DNA of 64,000 bases from Utricularia gibba (lineage: Eukaryota > Plantae > Magnoliophyta): positions 930,001 through 994,000 of the forward strand of contig NEEC01000018.1 of NCBI GenBank assembly GCA_002189035.1, in the 5' to 3' direction. A program made the position numbers and the translations under genes. The notes beneath the pieces were generated by a model. The model had not been told where the DNA came from and ran no database searches. It saw only the letters and a program-made list of their open reading frames with translations. Numbering within the stretch: position 1 is the first letter of the stretch; the number at the start of each line of letters is the position of its first letter. Shown in pieces: positions 11,721 through 28,270 of the stretch.

Positions 11721-14037
11721 ATGGCGCAATCGGAGAAAGGTGAAGAGAAAACGAAGCGTGCCAGTCCGTGGACTTGGAGCGTCGTTGGCGCTGTTATTGT
11801 TCTGTTACTTGGTATTGGACTCGTGCACAGGCATTCTAATGTGAATTCTTTGATTCATCGCATTCAAAGCTGCTACTGCCGTCAGGTAGAAATGCGAATA
11901 TGATACCTACTAATCCATATTTCTTTTAAATCCACCTTAGGCATGTATCTATTGTTTATATGTAGGAGGGATTTGAATATAGTGGAGTTGTTGAAGACTG
12001 TTGTTGTGATTATGCGACTGTGAATCGCATCAATTCTGAGGTTTTGCATCCAGTTCTTCAGCAGCTAGTGAAGCACCCCTTTTTCCGGTATTTTAAAGTA
12101 TGATGCGGTTTCAGGATTCTTGTTTTTTTGAGCTTTTTTTTTTTTGTTTTTGTGCCCTGCATTCATTTTTATAAAAATTAAACGTTTCCCGTAGGTAAAA
12201 TTACACTGCGATTGTCCTTTCTGGCGGGATGATGGTATGTGCTTTTTGAGAGACTGTAGTGTGTGTGAATGTCCAGAGCATGAGTTTCCAGAAACGTTTA
12301 GGAAACCTTCCGGAACGGGGCTTTCTCCAGCCGATCTCATATGTCAGGGGGAGCACCTGAGTCTGCTTTGGATCGTACAATCGATGCAAAAGCTTTTAAA
12401 GGGTGGATTGATGTCGATAACCCATGGACAGCTGACGATGAGAGAGATCATGGTACTTATTAGCTATGCATTACTGCTGGGGAAGGGTCAATTTAAATAT
12501 GCAAGCATGCACACTAGTGCACTTATAATTTTCCCTGCATTTGATTGCTTCTAGTTTCACTTCCATTCTCTGCTTCATATCCTTGCTGCATGTATCAAAT
12601 TTCTGTAATGGATTTATGTATCTATATTTTCGGCCAAATCTATTTTGGCAGCTGAAATGGTGTATGTGAACCTGCAACTTAATCCTGAAAGATATACTGG
12701 GTATACTGGTGCATCAACCAAGAGAATATGGGATGCTGTTTACTTGGATAACTGCCCAATGTGTGAGTACTTCCTTTCCTGGCGACTACCATGGCTAGTC
12801 TGAAGAATTTTCATTAAACCTTTTGAAAGTGACCATTCCTTTGTTTTTAGATCCGTCTGAAGAGTGCCAGGAAAAAAGAATACTTTACAAGTTGATCTCT
12901 GGTCTTCATTCCTCCATCTCTGTTCACATTGCCGCTGATTACCTGCTAGATGAGAAGACAAACACTGTATGGTCTCAATTTCATGCCCTTTTTATGCATT
13001 TAAGCTTATGGATTTCAATATTATGAGCTTTTTTCTGCTTTAGTTATTGCATCTGATTATCACTTCAGTTCATTGATTCCTATTTGTTTTCAAAGAGACT
13101 GTCGTATGATCTTACAATACAATTGCATTTCATTCTATTATGATCATCAATGCATTCCTTGGTCTCTCATGCAGTGGGGTCCGAATCTATCTTTATTGTA
13201 TGATCGTGTCTTGAGATATCCAGCCCGCGTTAGGAACTTGTACTTCACTTACCTTTTTGTTCTCCGATCCGTGATGAAGGTGAGTGGCCTTTTTAGTGAA
13301 CATTCCTGTGTTGTAATTTCTCTTCTTGATTTGCTCTCCTCCTTGGATATATGCTAGGCTGCAGATTTTTTAGAGCAAGCTGACTATGATACCGGTAACC
13401 AACTGGAGGATCACAACACCAAGCTGCTGATTAAGAAGCTACTTCATGATCACAAACTCCAAGCTTCATGTCCAAAACCATTCGATGAAGGTAAACTTTG
13501 GAAAGGTCAAAATGGGCCAGAACTGATGAAGCAAACGCAACTCCAGTTTAGAAATATAAGGTTTGTGTTTTCTCCTACATGCACGCTATGCTATTTCCTG
13601 TCCTTTTCTGCCTCCAACATATGCAGTTCTCTAACATAAGCATCAAATGTGGGCCGCGTTAACGCAATCTCAGCGCTATAATGGATTGCGTGGGATGTGA
13701 AAAGTGTCGTCTGTGGGGAAAACTTCAAGTTCTAGGTCTTGGAACTGCATTGAAAGTTTTGTTCTCTGTGAATGGGCTTGAATCATCACCTCCCCAGGTG
13801 TGTTCTCAATCATCATTCCTTTCCCATCCCATACCATTTCGGAACTCTAATTACTCCATTGTTTCCGATGAAACCTCACAGCTTCAACTTCAGCGGAACG
13901 AAGTCATCGCATTGGTGAATCTGCTGAACCGCCTTTCTGAATCCATCCAATTTGTTCATGAGATGGGAGCCTCAGTTCAGGCCAAGTTTGGGCGTGCCAT
14001 TGGTGCCCCTGGAGATGAAGTTAGCCACCGAATTTGA
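11721..14037 (+). CDS. ERO1: Endoplasmic reticulum oxidoreductin 1; 9 exons, with an apparent 1-nt deletion at 12347-12351
   Basis: N-terminal hydrophobic segment, then [53 protein letters not shown] and the active-site region [16 protein letters not shown]. All introns are GT-AG and the stop is at 14035-14037. Confidence 0.95.
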
Positions 14038-15090
14038 AGCCTGAACCCTGTGATGTGAAAACCAGATGCATATGGATTGGGTTGAATGTTACATGAGTTG
14101 TAACATTTTGTTTTGGATGGGTCCACAGACACACAGAATTTTAAGGGCTGTTGCCAGCAAAAGAGTTGGCCTTTTAAAAAGTCATTTGACCAAGCAAGGT
14201 ATTGTGGGAAGTGTGAGTCTCATGATGGGGTTGGTCTTCTAAAATAAAGATAGTTTTGGTTATAGTACTTCAAAATAACTTTTGAAGGTATCTATAATAA
14301 AATAGACATCGAGATTACCTTTGGCTATCCTTCTTTTAAATATTGATTAATTATGGATGATTGATAATATTGAATTTTATTATATAAAATATTTTGATTA
14401 TAATGAATTTTTTATGATTAATTTAGGAAAACGTTTGAATATCATTTTTAACAAAAAGAAGTTGAAGGCCTGTAATTTATTTCTAAAAAATATTTCTTAA
14501 TTTTTACTTTTTTTAAAAAAAATTGAACATGTTTTATGAACATAAGTTAATTTTTAAGATACCTTTTTAAAAAACAAAAGTTATTATAAACCAACATGTT
14601 TGATAGTTAATTTAAGATTTTAATGTATAATTTAAGATAAAATATATTTTATATTTTTAAGATAAACCAATAATTAAATCATTAAACCAAATAATATTTA
14701 CTCAAAATCTATGATGCACATGTGTAGGTTCAGAGGATACACGAATATGAGCATGATAATTTATGAAATTTAGATGTATCCATATTTAAAATAAAATTAT
14801 TTATTAAAAATACATAATTTTTTAAAAATTATATAACAACAAATAATTCATTTGATATTCAAAAATTTAAAATTTAATCATTAATAATAAAGTATTAATC
14901 AATATATAAATATTTAAATATAATATTAATAAAATGTAATATCAGAAATATTTTATTAGATAGGTATACATGAATCCCTATATATTCGTCAATTATCGAG
15001 TACGTAAATTTGAATGAAACAACTAAAAAAGATTCAATATTCTCTTTGAGTGATGGGAATGTACAAATAGAGATGCCTTTGAATTCTTAC

Positions 15091-18000
15091 TCAATACTTG
15101 TCGATGTCATAAAACTCAATGGTCTTGTATTTCTGAGAAATGATCTCAGCTTCAACTTTCCTAGCCGTATCTGTTGCACATCCCACAAGAATGAGCACAG
15201 AAGTTCCTGCGAATCCTCTGAAGGCCGTGAGATGTGTAGCTTGTTCTATCACAGCAGGACCAGCTGCAAGAATCGCCAAAAAACCCGAGCCAAGAACTGA
15301 TATTCGGCTTAGAACCTAATGATCATGCGCCACAATGTGGATATAATGTTCATAAATAGCCAAAAAGGAAAAGGGGTGACAAGAGAACTGCATTCCTGCT
15401 AGTGACAAACGTACCGTTTTGATTAACAATGCGGTGCTTTTCCCAGGGCGTGTGAGGGGGATTGAGGCCCCTTGTCTCTTCAACTGCTCACTAACTTCAT
15501 CAGGGTCCAGTTGGAGAAATGTGTAGTAGTAATTGAAGAAGGCTATCAAGATAACGTTTGTTGTCAAGTAATAGGGACCTGAAATCAAGTGGGAGAAACG
15601 TATAGTAGTAATCAGATCTTCTAAGAGGTGCCAGTGGAAAAATTGGTTAGGTGTTGTGATGTGCATTGTGTATGATTTCCACCAAAGCTCATTTAGTACA
15701 TACCCCCCGGATTGAGACCCAAGGCAGCCTTCTTCAGAAATTCCAGACCAGTGAACCGAGCAAGAGTTCCTGGAAGAGCCAAGGATGAAGTAGAGAAGAT
15801 GATGGGCATCACTCCCGAACTGTTCACCTGCTCACCAACAACATAAGTTGCAAAATTTACAAAAATCTATGCAAAGTTGGTTTGACCAAATGTCAACTGG
15901 AAACTGTACAAAAAGGTACTACTCGGGGCAGAAAACACATGAAACTCAGTAGGGACTACTCCTCACAGGAGTAGGTCTCCTGGAAGTAAATAGGAGCAGA
16001 AGAAGAGATTGATCTTTTCTACAGGTAGGTCTCGCAGGAAGTTAACTTAGGAGAAAGTATTTTGGATGACGTACATACCAAAGCAACCACAAAAAGCAGT
16101 TAATTTTATGACCGCAGGGATGCAAGATATAGAGATCTGTGTATTCGGGAAAACAATCAGTTAATTTTATAAAACAGGATCAACACCTTAAACGGTAAGT
16201 AAGCGGATTTCTGAAGTCCAAGAGAACCAGCAGTGTACCGAGAGGCATAATTAATGGGAATTTTTCTCTCTGCTTCCTGATACATAGGAACGAATTCAGT
16301 TGACTTTGTTAATGACAATATTAGGAAAACTTAAGGAACCGTATCAACACTAACCTGAACGTATACAATTCCAAGAACCAGTAGAAAGAAGGAAACAATG
16401 ATTCCAGCAAGTCCAAGATAGTTACCATCTTGAAATGCTTGTGCAATGGTCCTCCCAAGGGATGCAGGTAGGTAAGAGATTATGTTTGTAAATATCAAAA
16501 GAGATGTTCCATTCCCAAGTTTTAGGTCAGTAATCCGTTCACCGATATAGGTTGTGAAAAGAGCTCCACCAGTCAGCAGAATAACAGACGTAACAACCCA
16601 CTCTGTACTGAAGTCATTGACATAAGGACGGAGATATAATACCTGGCCAATTGCCTGCAAGGAACCGTAATATAAACCGACACAAACTTTCAAGTGCACA
16701 TGACTTTGTTGAAAATATAAGCCAAGCACTCGCACTCAATCAGGTGATCAATGAGCAAAATATGCCACCTACTATGCGCTCTGGTCTGCTCAAGTGGTGT
16801 TTGAAAAAAAAAGAATTTGAACAAGCAAGAAGCTCAAGAGAGTAAACATTTTCAAGTTATGCTGAAAAAGGGCCTAGACATAGATCATTTCATTTACCTG
16901 CACCACAGCAAAACCAACAGAGGCATAGCGAGTATACTGGAGTACTTTCTTCCTCCCAGCCTCGCCTTCTCTTTTCTGAAGCTCTTGCAGCTTAGGATAT
17001 ATCTGAGCAAGAAGCTGAAATACAATTTGCGCATTGATAAAAGGCACAATGCCTAGAGACCCTATACCAAGCCTACCGATACCCCCTCCAGAAAATGAGT
17101 CCAGAGTACCCAAAAGGCTATTTTGGTCGAGATTACCCACAAAAGCCTCCTGATTCACACCTCCAAGGGGTATGTATATACCAAGTCGTGACAGGGCTAA
17201 ATAGCCTAAAAGCTTGAGAAATTTCCCAGGAAGTGGGCCTTTGAAGAAATCCCCAATTTCAATGCTGGTATCTTCAATGGAGGCTGGACAACAGAAAAAA
17301 AAAAAACTAAAATTAAGGAAGCACAGCAAATACAAACTAGAAGAAGTCATTAAAACAAAAAGGGCAGTGCAATCCCAACCTGCAACCCTCCTGGGGATGA
17401 GGACTTCTGATTTCTACTTCCTGATGCACTGAGTATTTGCTTAAATAATGCACTAACACTTTCCAACGCAGTGTTAAAACTAGAAAGCCCATCTTGACTC
17501 GTACAAGGAAGATCAACAACATGGCCCTCATTTCTGAGAAAAATTTCATTCAGAGATGAGTCTTATAAAGGAAGCTGAATACTAGAGTTGTCCGGGAGGC
17601 ACCAATGCATAAAAGAAAACTCGATTCCTTGGCAATGCCACTACTAGTTATACACACTGGAACCTATTTATAAAAGAAAAGGTGAAAGCATGGTCATTAG
17701 CTCCTTGCACGCTTGCATAATGTGATTTTCTACTAACTCCTATGGTCATTAGCATGGTTACTATAACACAAATAACATGGAACAAAATTTATGCATGCCT
17801 TAGTGTGAGCAGATTGCGACTACACTTTCTACGGTACAAGATAGCATGATGGCTCACAAATTTAAACATCCCAATCAATATGAAATTTCAAGAAACAGAA
17901 GCACAAATAAATTCAACAACAATCTGAGAAATAAGAGTCCCCCGTTACCTTCGATTGGAACCGCTTATACTGTAGTTGCCGGATATCTTGAAAGTGGCTC

Positions 18001-18121
18001 CTCCTCGACGAATGAACCTCTCATACCTTACGGAAAAACGACTGCTCTGCTTCGAAACAGGGAGACCGCCTCTCAGGTCGAAGCAGTGAGCTAAGGAAGC
18101 TGAAGAGCAAGGAGAAGCCAT
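15091..18121 (-). CDS. SCY1: Chloroplast preprotein translocase SecY subunit; 8 exons, with an apparent 1-nt deletion near 17386-17396
   Basis: Ser-rich transit-like N-terminus (MASPCSSASL...) and SecY motifs LGIVPFINAQIVFQLL, GERITDLKLGNGTSLLIF, ERKIPINYA, VNSSGVMPIIF, LKRQGASIP..RPGKST and GTSVLILVGCATDT. Confidence 0.93.
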
Positions 18122-18845
18122 CTCCGAGCAGAACGGATATCACCATAAAGAAAAAGAAAAGCTCAGACAGATATAAATGGGCCTATTTCCTAGCAGGCTT
18201 GCTTCTGGGTCTGAGACCCTCCTAAAACTAAACATATTTTGGGCTGAGCCCAGTTTCCTAGCAAATATCATTATCTTTTAAATAATAATTTTAGTTAATC
18301 TTCAATATTTAAAAATCGAATATATTAAATTTCTAATTTTTTTCGATCATGCTCATTGGCAACCGGTTACTAATATGAAAATTGAATTAGGAAAAAAATA
18401 GGATTTATAATTAGAAATCAATCATATCATTTATATATATAATAAAATTTTGTTTTTGTTCGATTTTCAAATATCAAGAATCAATTATAAATAATGTTGA
18501 TACATCAGAAATTAAAATATTATTACATACTATTTATGAGATCAACAGTAATCTCACAATCTCTCTATTGATCAATGTCTCTTATTTCGTGTGTTTGTTT
18601 CCTCCATTGACACCATTCATGGCTATGGGAAAAAAACACTCTCCATCATACATTCAGTGCATTCTTAGATGTAACATACATACCATATCTATAGCTACAC
18701 ATACGGGTAAAAGCATTCATTTCGACCTAAAAACCATATAAGAAACTTAATAAACAGAGAAGAGTCAAAACGCTTCACTTCTAGGCTTCCATGGGCTTGC
18801 ATGTAGGAAGCCAGCTCGTGTTCTGTACTGAGTTTTATTGGAAGA

Positions 18846-22911
<4,066 letters not shown>

Positions 22912-23506
22912 GGCTTGGAACTGAGTACACTCACTGCTCAAAATATCTGCGAGAATTCGTTCAGAGAGTCTCTCCCTGTCTCCCCTGAAGGATTCCTCAA
23001 TGCAAGAAGCTGGGGTGGGGGGAGAGGCTCTCAACTTGATGGGAAATCAAATGAATGAATGAATGAAAGAATACTAGCGGTCAGAGGCTATGAGAAACCC
23101 ACGAGTTATAAGGAACACAGAAACTAAACCGCCCACTGAAAACGAAAGAGATAACAACAACGCCCACCAAACCAGACCGATGGCGGTGGTAGCTTGACCA
23201 CCTACCACAAGGAGGCGGGCCTTGTGAAATCCCAGGAATACCCTTCCGCGCCTTTTCTCTCAACAGAAAAAAAAAATGCATTTGCATGCCCTCGTGGGCC
23301 GCGAGTGTTCATGGGATTTATTTGATTCCTTTCGGTGCAACGTGGCGGTCATTTAACGGTACCAAATATGAGTAGTGGCCTTAAAGCCCTTGCCCAAGAC
23401 GCAAAAAAACAAATCGAAGGCCCACCGACGGGCCCAAATTGAATTCCAACCCCACGAGGAAAACTCTCACCATTTCCTCGAAGATTCTTGTTACTCATTA
23501 AAAAAT

Positions 23507-23526
23507 TATATATATATATATATATA
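23507..23526. repeat. (TA)10 microsatellite
   Basis: Read directly from the sequence. Confidence 0.9.
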
Positions 23527-26500
23527 TGAAGTTTTGGAGTATATCCGATTATCTTAGCATGTTAAGACATTTTTTAGAATCGATTGGTACAATCACGTCA
23601 CCGAAGATGTGCATTCATATATTTGTCATTCTTTCTTAACTTATTTATTATAAAATATATAAAGGTATAGGTACAACAAAGATATACCATTTTAAAAATA
23701 ATAGAGTTGACAATCTTTAGTAAACAGAATCATACTTTTGAGATTCAAAAATAATTTTTTGGATCAATTTAATTCTCTATTAAGATTTTCATGTAACATA
23801 AAAAATTTGAGAGAGTATATATAATTACATCCAAAGTAATGTAAATCAAACACTTACATTATATAGATACGTAAGTTTGCATAAATTAATTTTAAATACA
23901 AGCAAAGTTTTAAAAGTAATCATCCCATAAAAATTAAAGGTTTTAAAAAATAAGAAATAATTCTAAATTATTTTTTTTAAAATGGAATTCATTTCGTATG
24001 TAATAACAATTTTTTTTTAAAGTATTCATATGAAAAAAGACATTTGAGATAGACGCTTAATGTGATAAGTGTGTGTTTGACTTGGGTCATTGTTTGATAG
24101 CAATTCAAAATGGATTTCCATAACAAAATCAATGTTCATGCACTTGATCCAGTCCTCAGACATTGTGGTGTTCTCGTGGTATTCTTGAGATGGGCAATTG
24201 GGGTGGAGTAGCTCATTTTTTGTTTGAGTTGACTCGAACCCAATTCATGACAAATCGAACTCATGGGTTGGACTCGAGTCAAAAGCACAAACCAGATTGG
24301 GTCTAACTTTGTATGTCTGTGTCACTACAAGATTGCAATTGGACTGCTTAATTAGCATTTGAAACTGAGGGGAAAATAACCCACCAAGGAGGGGACAAAG
24401 AGAGAGGCATCTGAACTTCCAATCTCAATTGAGCATCCCCAAGTACAAGTGTAGAAATACTTGTTAAATTTCTATGGCCAAGTTGAACATGTAGAGAAAA
24501 TGAGTGAAGATAAGTTTCGATAGTATGAATGCTTTGTAATGGTAATGTGAAGGACTTAAGGTGTGTTTGATAGGTGAAAATATTCATCGCTACTAGAAAT
24601 TTAACGATTGTTTCTATACTTGTGTTTCCTTTCATGTAAATGTTGAAGAAAACACCAGAGATAAGTGCTTGGAAATAGATGAAGATTCGTATAGTTGCTA
24701 AAAATAAAATGTATAGTTGCTAGAGAAGAAGTAAAAAGGAAGGATAGCAGTTAACCAAATAATGTTCAAAATTGGGTAACCAAGTCACATACTAGGATAA
24801 TATAAAATGAAGTAACTTGTTAAGTGCTATTTTCTAATTATTTATTAGGTGTTAATCTAATATTAAGTCGTCTAAATTAGGAGTCTTATTATTAAGTATT
24901 TTATTTTTATTAGAAAATTCTTATTTTCCAATTTTGCATATATTTTCTGTCTTTTTTTTCACACTTTGACCGAGACATATCATGAGACTATTGTGGAGTG
25001 TTGCAGAAGTATTACAGGTGGTCAGACTCTGAGTTTTCGTGCCTTGTACGTAAGTTGGAACGATTGTGGGCAGAAGATTGACATTGGTCAAGGCCCCTAA
25101 CTTACGGCATTTCAGAGTCTGCAACAATGATTGGGCGCTAACTTGCACGCAAAGGAAAGCTGCTGGCGCACGTAAGACAGAAGGAATGATGGGAAGGAGA
25201 CACAAATGAGTTAATGCACGTGGGGAGTGATATAAAAACCACTTGGAGCACTTAGTTTCGAACTTTTTCGCATTTTTAACTTGGTACTTAGAACTTTTAG
25301 ATTCTTCTTCCTCCCCAAGGAGGAAGAACACTTAACTTTCAATTTCCTTTCAGTTTTCATGGTCCTTTCGGGCTAAAAACCTTTAGTTTCTGGGAAGTAG
25401 ATGAAGTTTCCTTTCAAGTCCTGAGCAATACACTCGGTTTTTCGTTGAATTCACTCCGGATTATGCATACTTCCAAGCATCTTGTTGCAGTCTTTCTATA
25501 ACAACTCTTAGTCAAGGTCCATGAGTAGTAAGCCACTCCTCACAGATTTTGGTGAAGATCAAGGTGAAGAGCACCAACTCCAACCCTACCGGTTTGAGGA
25601 AAGTAGCGGATTGTTTGTGGCCTAGGTATCGCGACAGTGGATAGCTTGTGACCTCGGACCTGCCACTGGCCATTGGCAACAGCTGGGCACACGCGCGCAA
25701 TTCGGTTTTGAAGACAATCGAAGGCAATCCTCTTGTCTTCCTAATCATCCAAAGGGGAATCACATGAGGCTATTCCCGTGCCTCCTTGTCAATCAGAGTG
25801 TAAGAGAGAGTAGACTATTCCTTGCTCCTATAACCGGCTATTCGGAAGAAATCAGTGAAAACTGAGCAAGAACGCACAAAGGAAGGAGATGAAATCTTAT
25901 TTCCAGGAACTGCGTCCCGTAGTCAAGGCTAATCACTTATATTGTAACTTTTATTTTTGCATCTTAAAAACCCCCTTTTGCAAAACTATGACATTTTGTG
26001 AAAGTTTCTTGCAAACACTTTTCACGAAAAACAACTCCCTGAGATTGATACTCGTACTACGCTTTTTTATGTTTTACATTTTATAAATATTTAAAATTTG
26101 TTGAGGAAAACGACAGGCAACAGAACATTACTATTTTTGTGTTTATGAAGACGCAAACTTGTGGATCTTGCACTACAAAGATAAAAATCAGTCTTTCTTA
26201 GATCTACTTCATTCGATTTATTGTTTTTAATGTCTCTTCATGGTATTAGATCAATGCGATCATGATCTATTATCTTATCTAAAAAGTTAGTATTATACAA
26301 TTTTGTATGAATACTTCAAATTTGTCTATTGTAAATCCCTAAGGAATACCTTTGTCATAAGCCACAAGCAATCATTCATAAGCTAACTTAATGAAGTCAT
26401 TCTTGAGAATGAAAAATCTATGGTATTGGAACTTACAGATAAACCTACTCGAAAAAATATAAGACAATATGAAATATTTACATAATACAAGTATGCTATA

Positions 26501-26730
26501 ATGATGCATTCAAGTTCTCTATACTTACAAAATTTCAACATGCATCTCAATGAAGTAGTCCAAAGCAAATTTGGGACAAGTTATTCGAACTTTCCATAGG
26601 AGATGAAAAGATGAGAAAAATTCACATTAGGAACAAAATAGTTGAGTTTAAAAGGAACAAAATACTCACAAGGTGAAACACTTTAAGTTCATTATGGTCA
26701 TTAATAAAAATTGTACACATTTAAAACTAA

Positions 26731-27312
26731 GGGCTCGTTTGGTAGAAGGTGCTAGATGGTGTTGTATTAAATAACACATCATAATCATTAATTTGGTGCA
26801 TAGTGTTATATAACACTATGAATTACATATCCTAACAAATTTTTTATTTAGCACATTATCTATAGCGAAACACAAACCCATCTATCACATGGGTTTATCA
26901 ATCACATGATAATAAAAGACAATAGTACCCTTTTATTTTACAAAAAAGTTTTTACTCTAATAATTATATTTGTTCCTTTTTTGTCAATAAATTAGGATTA
27001 GTTCTTTTATTAGCCTCATACTTTTTTGTATGTAGCTAAGCAGTTCGAAAATCTGATGTCACAGAATGGAGTCAACAAAAGGAAAGAAAACATCAAGATC
27101 ATCAACGGAAAACAACGTTCATAGTCCTATAGGCATTTAAGTAATATCATATATAAATCAAATTATAAAACTTTCAACCAAACACATGTTAAATAATCCA
27201 ATGCTATTTAAAACTTTCTACCAAACGATGTTGATGTTTTTCAATCACTTATATAAAATAAGCCTATTATATTTAAAGCCATGTAAACTAAAACATACTA
27301 CCAAACGAGCCC
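26731..27312. mobile_element. Tourist-like (PIF/Harbinger) MITE, 582 bp
   Basis: Perfect 15-bp TIRs GGGCTCGTTTGGTAG / CTACCAAACGAGCCC, flanked on both sides by TAA (26728-26730 and 27313-27315), the PIF/Harbinger target-site duplication. No coding capacity. Confidence 0.88.
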
Positions 27313-27946
27313 TAAGATTTCAGATGTCATATACTATGATTATTGACAAAGTTATGATGAGTCTTTCCAATCCATTTGAAATAAAGTTGTGTATATTAAA
27401 AGCTGATGGAAGTTACTAAATTTTGAAGAGTAGATGACTTTCTTGTAGACTATTCAAGGTTTTAAAAAAAAAGGATGGTTGTGCATCAAGAAGAAGAACA
27501 TGAGTGTAATAAGTCAAAAAAAACACTAGTAGTGAAAGGAAATAATATAGAGAGTAACTCATCTAAAATAAAAGAAAAGAGATGATAAGAAAAAACTTAC
27601 ATAATTTAGTGAATAATGGAACCAAATTTGAAGAGAAGTGCAAAACTTGTGGCAAATTAAATCATAGACGTGAGAGATGATTGTATCATATCTATTCCGC
27701 TCATTCTCTGTTGAAAGGTAAAGGTGCAAGTGAAATAAACTTATAGCATCAATAAAGGCCCCAACCATAAAAACCCCAAAATCACAACAACAGGAAATGA
27801 AAGAAGAAAGTAATGAAAGAGTTGGGGCTAATAATTTTGGATGTATCTAAAAAAGAAAGAAAGTCTATATTGGTAAGCCCAGTTCAAGTAAATTATCAAA
27901 TAATATAATAGTGAAAAAATCAGAAGATTCTTCACAGCTATGCATA

Positions 27947-28270
27947 TGTTGAAAATGTTTATGTAGTTGTTTTGAGTAACGTAGCACCTTGTACTTCTCA
28001 TGAGAATTCAAATACCATCAACCGTTTACAACAGGTTTGAGAGATATTTAAAACAATACAAAGGGCCATAGTTGACTGTTGAGACATCTAGTAGTGGGCC
28101 TGAGTGGTTTACTTCGGTTTGGGCTTTCCTATAGCTAGTGTTGGACCTTGCTGTTTAATTGATCCAGTAACTTTCCTTGTCCACAGTTGTTCTATCATCG
28201 ACAACTGCTGATGTGCGGAGACGACAACAGAATCCTACCTGTTCGACAGCATAAGCAGCAGTCTTCAACA
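27947..28270 (-). repeat. 3' LTR of the copia element (324 bp)
   Basis: TGTTG...CAACA termini. Direct repeat of 32301..32616, preceded on the minus strand by the purine-rich tract AAGGGAGTG. Confidence 0.92.
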
